This document shows positions 8,633 through 14,993 of a stretch of 14,993 nucleotides of DNA, piece after piece. The notes under the pieces are model-generated. The model saw nothing but the letters and a program-made list of their open reading frames with translations, did not search any database and was not told the origin of the DNA. Position numbers and translations under genes: made by a program. Source of the stretch: Candidatus Latescibacterota bacterium (GTDB taxonomy: Bacteria > Latescibacterota > UBA2968); assembly GCA_038279365.1 (NCBI GenBank), contig JAYODI010000057.1, forward strand, positions 1 through 14,993. The letters run 5' to 3'. Each line of letters starts with the position of its first letter. The stretch's first letter is position 1.

Positions 8633-8674
8633 AGGGGAGACAAAGAGCGCTGATTGTGCTCTTTTTCTTTCAGG

Positions 8675-10063
8675 TTACAGTTTAAACCCCAATGCCTCTA
8701 CAATGCGTTCCATTGCCAAGCCACGAGACCCTTTTACAAGTAGGGTATCACCTGGGGTTATAAATGCTTTGAGTGTTGCAATCAATGTTTCTGAATCGGT
8801 AAATGCATGGCTCATTGTGGGCGAAAGGCCCGCCGATTTTGCAGCGTCTGTGACCAGGTGTGCATGCTCACCTAAAGCAAAAAGCGCATCTACTTTGGAT
8901 CCTGTTTCTTTTCCCAAATCTTGATGTGCCTGATTTGCCATATTGCCCAACTCGCGCATATCGCCCAATACGGCGATGCGTCGCCCCCCAGCACTTATGT
9001 CAATTTGTGACAAAATTTCAAGTGCGGCGTGCATCGATGCTGGGTTGGCATTGTAACTGTCGTTGATGAGGCGTAACCCATTTTGTGATATCACTTGGCT
9101 GCGCAATTTGGTTGGCACAAAGTGGGCCAACGCGTGTGCGGCCTTTTCTAAAGGCACATTGAGTGCGACCCCTGCTGCTATTGCTGCCAACGCATTGTAA
9201 ACATTGTGACGCCCCGGTACAGACAAAGAAAAAATACGGCCCTGCAGAGTGAAATGACCTCGACGCTCCTGATCCAGACTGAGTCCCTCCCCACGAAACT
9301 GACTATGTTGCTCGATACCGAAGCCAAGGAGTCTCCCCTTAACTTTTACTCTCTCCTTGGACAGTAACAGGTCATCGAGATTCATTATAGTCATTGAAGA
9401 CTCATCCAGGTATTCCAGGAGTTCCCCTTTGGCCTTAGCCACCCCCTCTACAGAGCCTAAAAACTCTAAATGTGTTGGTCCTACGTTTGTGATGATGCCA
9501 ATTGTTGGTTGCGCAATGTGACACAGATACCGCATTTCACCAAAGCCGGCAATGCCCATTTCAATGACGGCCACTTCGTGCTGGGCATTGAGTTGAAACA
9601 GTGTTAAAGGCACCCCCAACTGATTGTTGAGGTTCCCTTGTGTGGCTAAAACGTTGTACTGGGTTTGTAAAACGGCAGCGACCATGTCTTTGGTGGTGGT
9701 TTTGCCATTGCTGCCAGTGATGCCAATAACGGGAATTTGAAACTTTTTGCGATAAGCCCTGGCCACATCTCCCATTGCCAGATCGGGTGCTTCAACAACA
9801 ATTAAGGGTTTCGATGGGCGTGGGGTTTGTGCTTCAAACCACTGACGACTCACAACACCTGCCGAAGCACCGCTTTGGAGGGCGGCGTCAACAAATTGAT
9901 GACCATCGACGCGCTCACCAGGTAAAGCAAAGAAAAGTTCGCCTTCTTTGATGGTGCGGTTATCGCGTTCACCACCTGTTGGGAAAATGTGTGTGGGATC
10001 GGTTTGCCCTACCCACTCGCCGTTTGTGGCCGTGATGACCTCTTGAAGCGAAAAACCTTCCAT
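8675..10063 (-). CDS. murF: UDP-N-acetylmuramoyl-tripeptide--D-alanyl-D-alanine ligase
   Basis: LPGERVDGH, ITGSNGKTTTK, GNLNNQLGVP, IEMG, HLEFLGS, NDSYNANP, LGDMRELG, KGSRG. ATG 1 nt after the murE stop. Confidence 0.98.
   Translation of the reverse strand: MEGFSLQEVITATNGEWVGQTDPTHIFPTGGERDNRTIKEGELFFALPGERVDGHQFVDAALQSGASAGVVSRQWFEAQTPRPSKPLIVVEAPDLAMGDVARAYRKKFQIPVIGITGSNGKTTTKDMVAAVLQTQYNVLATQGNLNNQLGVPLTLFQLNAQHEVAVIEMGIAGFGEMRYLCHIAQPTIGIITNVGPTHLEFLGSVEGVAKAKGELLEYLDESSMTIMNLDDLLLSKERVKVKGRLLGFGIEQHSQFRGEGLSLDQERRGHFTLQGRIFSLSVPGRHNVYNALAAIAAGVALNVPLEKAAHALAHFVPTKLRSQVISQNGLRLINDSYNANPASMHAALEILSQIDISAGGRRIAVLGDMRELGNMANQAHQDLGKETGSKVDALFALGEHAHLVTDAAKSAGLSPTMSHAFTDSETLIATLKAFITPGDTLLVKGSRGLAMERIVEALGFKL
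9238..9457 (-). other. Long (~220 nt) irregular RNA hairpin embedded in the murF coding sequence; candidate novel structured RNA element
   Basis: Eight nested helices found by hand, including a 12+9-bp basal stem and a perfect CCAAGGAG/CUCCUUGG apical stem. G-U pairs favour the mRNA strand. Confidence 0.7.
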
Positions 10064-10064
10064 T

Positions 10065-11522
10065 TTAAGCCTTGCTCATCGTCTTTAAAATGTTTCGAGC
10101 CACTTCTCGGTCGTCAAAGTGTGTTTTGACGTGGTTGATTTCTTGGTAATCTTCGTGGCCTTTGCCTGCAATAATGATCAAATCGCCGGGTTGTGCTTTT
10201 TGGATGGCCATTTCAATGGCTTTTTGGCGATGTACTTCAACAACGTGTGGTGCATGACCGACGCCAGGTAAAATGTCGGCAATAATGGCTTCTGGGTCTT
10301 CTGTGCGGGGGTTGTCGGAGGTGACAACCGTTAAGTCGGCCAATCGCGCCGAAATTTCACCCATAACAGGTCGTTTGCCTCTGTCGCGATCTCCGCCACA
10401 GCCAAAAACGCAGATGAGTTGCCCTTGTGTAAATTCGCGTGCGGTGGTGAGTACGTTTTCAAGACCATCGGGTGCATGGGCATAATCGACAATCACGCCA
10501 AATTTTTGCCCACAATCGATGCCTTCAAAACGCCCCGGCACACGCACTTCACGCACGGCTTCAGAGATGACACCTGGGGCAATACCCAGTGCCAACCCTG
10601 TTGCTACCGCTGCGGCGACATTGTAAAACTGAAAACGCCCTTGCAAGACCATAGACAAGTCCATTTTGCCAACAGGTGTTTGCAGTTGCAATTGGGTACC
10701 ACGCCAATCGGTTTTGCCCTGAAGGATACGCACATTGGCATTTTCAGCTTTGCCATAGCGTATGACCTTGGCTTGGCAATGGGCCAAAAGCTTTTCGGTG
10801 GCTTTGTCGTCTGTGTTAACGATTGCGCTTGAATCTGATTTTAAGTTGTCAAAGAGCGTTGCCTTGGCGGCAAGATAAGCATCGAAGGAGCCGTGATAGT
10901 CGAGATGGTCGCGGGTCAAATTTGTAAAAACAGCGGCTTCAAAGTGAAGACCTTCAACCCTTTTTTGAGCAAGGCCTTCAGAAGTTGCTTCCATAACGGC
11001 CGATTGGCATTGTGCATCAGTCATGGCCCGAAACAAACGATGGAGATCATGGGCTTGAGGTGTTGAATTTTGAGAAATTTCTCGATTGTCACCCCATTTG
11101 TGTTCAATGGTGCCAATAAGACCGGGTGCCAATTGTGCTGCTTTTAAAATGGCATGTATGAGGTAAACTGTTGATGTTTTACCATTTGTGCCAGTTACAC
11201 CCACCAGTCGGAGTTGGTCTGTAGGGTGATTATAGAACTTTTTTGCCAGAAAGGCCAGTGTTTGGTGTGTGTCATTTGTATAAATAAGTGGCACAGACCC
11301 CGTTTCGGCATCTTTTTCGGCTACAATTGCAGCGGCTTTGGCCTCAATGGCTTGTGTAATAAAAGGGTGTCGATCTGGTAATTTGGCATCCCCTCTTAAG
11401 GCCACAAACAGGTCACCAGGTTTGACACGGCCCGAATGGGTGGCTATTCCGCCAATGTTGGGGTCGCTGTCTATTCGATATCGGATATTGGGTAGGTCGG
11501 CCAATAATTCGCTAAGGCGCAT
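10065..11522 (-). CDS. murE: UDP-N-acetylmuramoyl-L-alanyl-D-glutamate--2,6-diaminopimelate ligase
   Basis: VTGTNGKTST, FTNLTRDHLDYH, VDYAHAPD, GCGGDRD, SDNPR (DNPR indicates meso-DAP specificity), AGKGHE. Confidence 0.98.
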   Translation of the reverse strand: MRLSELLADLPNIRYRIDSDPNIGGIATHSGRVKPGDLFVALRGDAKLPDRHPFITQAIEAKAAAIVAEKDAETGSVPLIYTNDTHQTLAFLAKKFYNHPTDQLRLVGVTGTNGKTSTVYLIHAILKAAQLAPGLIGTIEHKWGDNREISQNSTPQAHDLHRLFRAMTDAQCQSAVMEATSEGLAQKRVEGLHFEAAVFTNLTRDHLDYHGSFDAYLAAKATLFDNLKSDSSAIVNTDDKATEKLLAHCQAKVIRYGKAENANVRILQGKTDWRGTQLQLQTPVGKMDLSMVLQGRFQFYNVAAAVATGLALGIAPGVISEAVREVRVPGRFEGIDCGQKFGVIVDYAHAPDGLENVLTTAREFTQGQLICVFGCGGDRDRGKRPVMGEISARLADLTVVTSDNPRTEDPEAIIADILPGVGHAPHVVEVHRQKAIEMAIQKAQPGDLIIIAGKGHEDYQEINHVKTHFDDREVARNILKTMSKA

Positions 11523-11525
11523 GGC

Positions 11526-13583
11526 TTAACTTTCACGTGTACATGCCACTTTGCACAAGGTGCCTGGGATAACTTGTGAGCCTGGTGCGGGTGTTAGACG
11601 CATTACTTTGCCACTGCCCTGAATTTCTACGCGCAGGCCCAATGCTGTCAAATGTGATATGGCTTGGCGAACAGATGTGCCACGCAGGTCTGGTATTTGA
11701 AGTGCCTTGTGATCGGGCATTGGATTTGCAAGTACCAAGTGGGCTTCGCGTTGCTTCATATTGAGTTGTTGCTCAATTACTTTGGTTCCATTACCCGAAA
11801 ATTTCCATGTCCAGCCAAGGCGTTTGAGCACATCTGTTGCGGTTTGGCTTGAAAGCCCTACCAAGTGTATGTCTGAATTGCTTGTGGTGTCTTTTTGACT
11901 TTCAGCCAAGCGTGCTTTGTGGCGCAAGGGGGTTTGGCGCAAACTGAGGATGCGTTGCATAATACGACTAAATGCAGGTGCTGCGACTTGACTGGCAAAA
12001 TGTATGTCTTTTGGACTGTCGATGGCAACCAAGCAGAGCAGTTCGGGGCGTTCGGCCGGCAAAAATCCGATGAAGGAGGATATGTAACGATCTGGATCGT
12101 AACCGGCTTGCCCTTCTTTGATTTGCTGTGCGGTTCCCGTTTTGCCAGCCACGCGATATCCGGGCACTTGGGCATTTTCACCAGTACCGTGTGTGACCAC
12201 GCCTTCTAATATGGCAGTGAGCTCGGCTGCGGTTTCGGGTGAAATGACTTGGCGAATGGGGCGGGGCGCATTTTCTAAGGTGGTGATTTCACCCCGCGTT
12301 GTTTTTTTAAATATGGTGGGTGTCATCAAATGACCACCATTTGCAATGGCCCCATAAGCGGTGGCCACTTGAAGGGCTGTGGCGGCAATTTCCTGTCCGA
12401 TGGAGAGGGTTTCGAGTGACCGTTCAGACCATTCGGATGGATGGCGCAGTTGCCCTGAGGTTTCGCCAGGTAAGTCACTGCCTGTTTTGGCACCAAACCC
12501 AAAGAGGCGCATATAGCGAAACATATCGACTTTGCCTATTTCACGTGCAATTTTGATTGTTCCAATGTTGCTCGACTCTTCAACAATTTCGCGTACGGTC
12601 AACCACCCACTGGGGTGGGTATCGTTAATGACTTTGCCGCCTGCTACGGGCAGGCGACCATTTTCGCAAAAGAATTTGTCATTGGACCGAATCTTTTTTT
12701 CCTCAAGACCTGCCGCAACGGCCACCACCTTAAATGTGGAACCGGGTTCAAATTGGTCTGTGACAACACGGTTGCGTCGTTTCCAAGATTTGTATTCGGT
12801 AAAGGCATTTGGGTTGTATGTCGGTACATTGGCAATAGCCAAAATTTCACCCGTATGGGGTGCCATGACAATGGCAATGCCACTGTGGGCCTGAAATGTG
12901 TTGATGGTTGCTGATAATTCTTCTTCGGCAATAGATTGGTAATCGGCATCGAGGGTGAGATACAGATCTTCACCATCTTGAGGCATATTCTTGATGGCTC
13001 CCAAAGCACTAATAACATTGCCACGGGCGTCAACGCGTGCCGATAACTCTCCGGGTTTGCCTCGCAAAATGGGATCAAAACCGCGCTCAATGCCTTCAAT
13101 GCCCAAATTGTCTGTATCGGTATATCCCAGTACTTGCCCGGCCAGTGCGCCCATTGGATAACTGCGTCGCATTTCGACCACGCGTCCAATGCCATTGGGC
13201 AGATTATCGGGTGAAGGCCCATTCATCATTTTGCGTTCCAACCAAACAAAAGGACGATTTTGCTTAAGCCTTTTTAAAAGCGTCGTTTCGTTTTGCCCGG
13301 CTTCGTTTGAAAAACGCACTGCCAAAGAGTGTAGGCTGTCGAGATTAGAAACGCTGTTGACAAAGAACGATTGCGACTCAAGGTTGGTCGCCAATACCCG
13401 GCCCTGATGGTCTAAAATGCGCCCCCGATTGGCCTGTAATACTTTTTGTTTGACATGCTGGTTTCGGGCGCGGTGGGTATAGATGTCTACAGACCATATT
13501 TGCAAAGATGCCAGTCTTAAAGACAGCAAGAGGGCAAAACTCAAGCCTAAAAAGGCAATGATTTTGAGGCGATCTGTTGGCAT
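11526..13583 (-). CDS. ftsI: Class B penicillin-binding protein FtsI/PBP3 with C-terminal PASTA domain(s)
   Basis: N-terminal TM, RGRILD, RSYP, catalytic motifs STFK, SSN, KTGTAQ; C-terminal IPDLRG...GSGKV...P.PGS PASTA-like repeat. Confidence 0.96.
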   Translation of the reverse strand: MPTDRLKIIAFLGLSFALLLSLRLASLQIWSVDIYTHRARNQHVKQKVLQANRGRILDHQGRVLATNLESQSFFVNSVSNLDSLHSLAVRFSNEAGQNETTLLKRLKQNRPFVWLERKMMNGPSPDNLPNGIGRVVEMRRSYPMGALAGQVLGYTDTDNLGIEGIERGFDPILRGKPGELSARVDARGNVISALGAIKNMPQDGEDLYLTLDADYQSIAEEELSATINTFQAHSGIAIVMAPHTGEILAIANVPTYNPNAFTEYKSWKRRNRVVTDQFEPGSTFKVVAVAAGLEEKKIRSNDKFFCENGRLPVAGGKVINDTHPSGWLTVREIVEESSNIGTIKIAREIGKVDMFRYMRLFGFGAKTGSDLPGETSGQLRHPSEWSERSLETLSIGQEIAATALQVATAYGAIANGGHLMTPTIFKKTTRGEITTLENAPRPIRQVISPETAAELTAILEGVVTHGTGENAQVPGYRVAGKTGTAQQIKEGQAGYDPDRYISSFIGFLPAERPELLCLVAIDSPKDIHFASQVAAPAFSRIMQRILSLRQTPLRHKARLAESQKDTTSNSDIHLVGLSSQTATDVLKRLGWTWKFSGNGTKVIEQQLNMKQREAHLVLANPMPDHKALQIPDLRGTSVRQAISHLTALGLRVEIQGSGKVMRLTPAPGSQVIPGTLCKVACTRES

Positions 13584-13657
13584 AGTGGGGAGAAGGTTAA
13601 ATGTGAATCTGCAAATCGGCGATTTAAAGGCTTTGTTTTGTGATTCCCTATTCGTTT

Positions 13658-13960
13658 TTACTTTGTTTGTGCTTCCAAATACAGGTTTCTCGGCGGATCA
13701 GCCGGGAAGACCATGTCGAGTTTGTTTGCTGCAATGGTGCGAATACGGGTGCTTTGTTTAAGTCCTGCAATGTTGGCTCGAAACCGATCTTGCTCGTGCA
13801 AAAGAGCTTTGCGTTCGGCGCGCAACTGGGCCAATCTTTGGCCTTGGTTCATGGTTTGGACATGCCCCCACAAATAAATGAGCAACACACCGACAAACAA
13901 AATGAGCGATAAAAAGTAGGTGCGATATAAGTTTGTGGATTTTTTGCCTTCTGTGCTCAC
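13658..13960 (-). CDS. ftsL: Cell division protein FtsL-like bitopic coiled-coil protein
   Basis: Short basic N-terminus, one TM, heptad coiled coil, RIRTIAANKLDM ending; sits between rsmH and ftsI. GTG 13960 overlaps the rsmH TGA (GTGA) and follows AAGGA. Confidence 0.85.
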   Translation of the reverse strand: MSTEGKKSTNLYRTYFLSLILFVGVLLIYLWGHVQTMNQGQRLAQLRAERKALLHEQDRFRANIAGLKQSTRIRTIAANKLDMVFPADPPRNLYLEAQTK

Positions 13961-14940
13961 GAAGGGATTCCTTGCTGACAGACCCAAGGTTGATTTTTAA
14001 TGTTTAATTTTTCTGCTACACGCAATGTGGCGCTGCGTGCTCGTGTGTTTTGGGCGATGTCTTCCTGTTTTGGGCGAATCCCTTTGCGCGTAATAAGCCG
14101 AAGCATGGGTTGCCGCAGACAGGGGCATATGGGCAATTTAAGTTCGCTGATGCAGTCTCGGGTGGCGCATTGGAACACTTGTTTGACTATGCGGTGTTCC
14201 AGTGAGTGATAAGACAAGACAGCAATGCGACCACCGGGTTGGAGCAGGTCAATGGCGGTCTGAAAAATGTGCTCCAGGTGTGACAACTCATTGTTGACTT
14301 CGATGCGAATGGCTTGAAAAATTCTGGCCAATGTTTTTTGAATATGTGGGCCTTTAACGGTTCGATCTATGAGGTCGGCCAACTGTATGGTGGTGGTGAT
14401 GGGTTCTTCATCACGCACCCTGCAAATGGCTCTGGCAATGATTGGTGATGCGCGTTCTTCGCCGTAGGTTCGAAAGATGCGTGTGAGCTCTGTTTGCGAA
14501 TAGGTGTTAACCACTTCTGATGCAGATCGGTTGGCATCTGGGCCCATGCGCATATCTAAGGGGCCATTTTGTTGAAAACTAAATCCACGCTCAGATGCAT
14601 CAATCTGATGGGATGAGACCCCTAAGTCGAATAAGATACCTGCAATTTGCTGAACACCCTGCGAGGCGAGCGCATCAGGTAAATGCCAAAAGGGCATTTG
14701 GTGAAATGTGACACGGTCTTTAAATGGAGCCAGGCGTTGCGATGCTTTTGTTATGGCTTCTGGGTCTCTGTCTATGCCGATGAGTTGACCTTGTGGAGAC
14801 AGTTCTTTTAAGATGTTTTCGGCGTGCCCACCCCCGCCTAATGTTGCATCTACATAAATGCCCTGACGATCTGTTATCAGGTTATTCGACACATCTGGCC
14901 CCAGAACAGGAATGTGATACTCTGGGGCTTTTTTGTGCAT
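13957..14940 (-). CDS. rsmH: 16S rRNA m4C1402 methyltransferase RsmH (MraW)
   Basis: HIPVL, DATLGGGGHA, FDLGVSSHQID, RGFSF, PLDMRM, YGEE, FQAIRIEVNNEL, SYHSLE, RARSA. Confidence 0.98.
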   Translation of the reverse strand: MHKKAPEYHIPVLGPDVSNNLITDRQGIYVDATLGGGGHAENILKELSPQGQLIGIDRDPEAITKASQRLAPFKDRVTFHQMPFWHLPDALASQGVQQIAGILFDLGVSSHQIDASERGFSFQQNGPLDMRMGPDANRSASEVVNTYSQTELTRIFRTYGEERASPIIARAICRVRDEEPITTTIQLADLIDRTVKGPHIQKTLARIFQAIRIEVNNELSHLEHIFQTAIDLLQPGGRIAVLSYHSLEHRIVKQVFQCATRDCISELKLPICPCLRQPMLRLITRKGIRPKQEDIAQNTRARSATLRVAEKLNIKNQPWVCQQGIPS

Positions 14941-14993
14941 ATTGTATTGTTTTTTTGAAGGTTATTTGTTTTTGGAATAAATATTCGAATATT

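Noticed and set aside
9238-9457. Identification of the murF hairpin as 6S RNA, SRP RNA, MITE or intron
   Set aside because: I could not find the motifs I recall for 6S or SRP; there is no target duplication, and the MurF frame and conserved residues run straight through.
1-14993. CRISPR array, tRNA/rRNA, transposase or prophage
   Set aside because: No regularly spaced repeats, cloverleaf or rRNA signatures, or mobile-element ORFs seen; nearly all sequence is accounted for by the listed genes.

Overview
Bacterial chromosomal window. Most of it (1595..14940, minus strand) is a division and cell wall (dcw) cluster in the order rsmH-ftsL-ftsI-murE-murF-ftsW-murC-murB-ftsQ-ftsA-ftsZ, closed by an intrinsic terminator. 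mraY, murD, murG and ddl are missing from their usual slots. The left end has an NsrR-like Rrf2 regulator plus a group III truncated haemoglobin behind a sigma70 promoter overlapped by an 11-1-11 palindromic operator. A VOC/glyoxalase gene converges on that pair and has a leader that can fold in alternative ways over its RBS. The most striking feature is inside murF: a ~220-nt stretch (9238..9457) with shifted codon usage that folds by eye into one long rod hairpin on the mRNA strand. Its three unpaired regions each show GGGGA, while five dcw intergenic spacers carry the complementary UCCCC, in two cases where a Shine-Dalgarno would be expected. All folding was done by hand; no folding program or database search was run.
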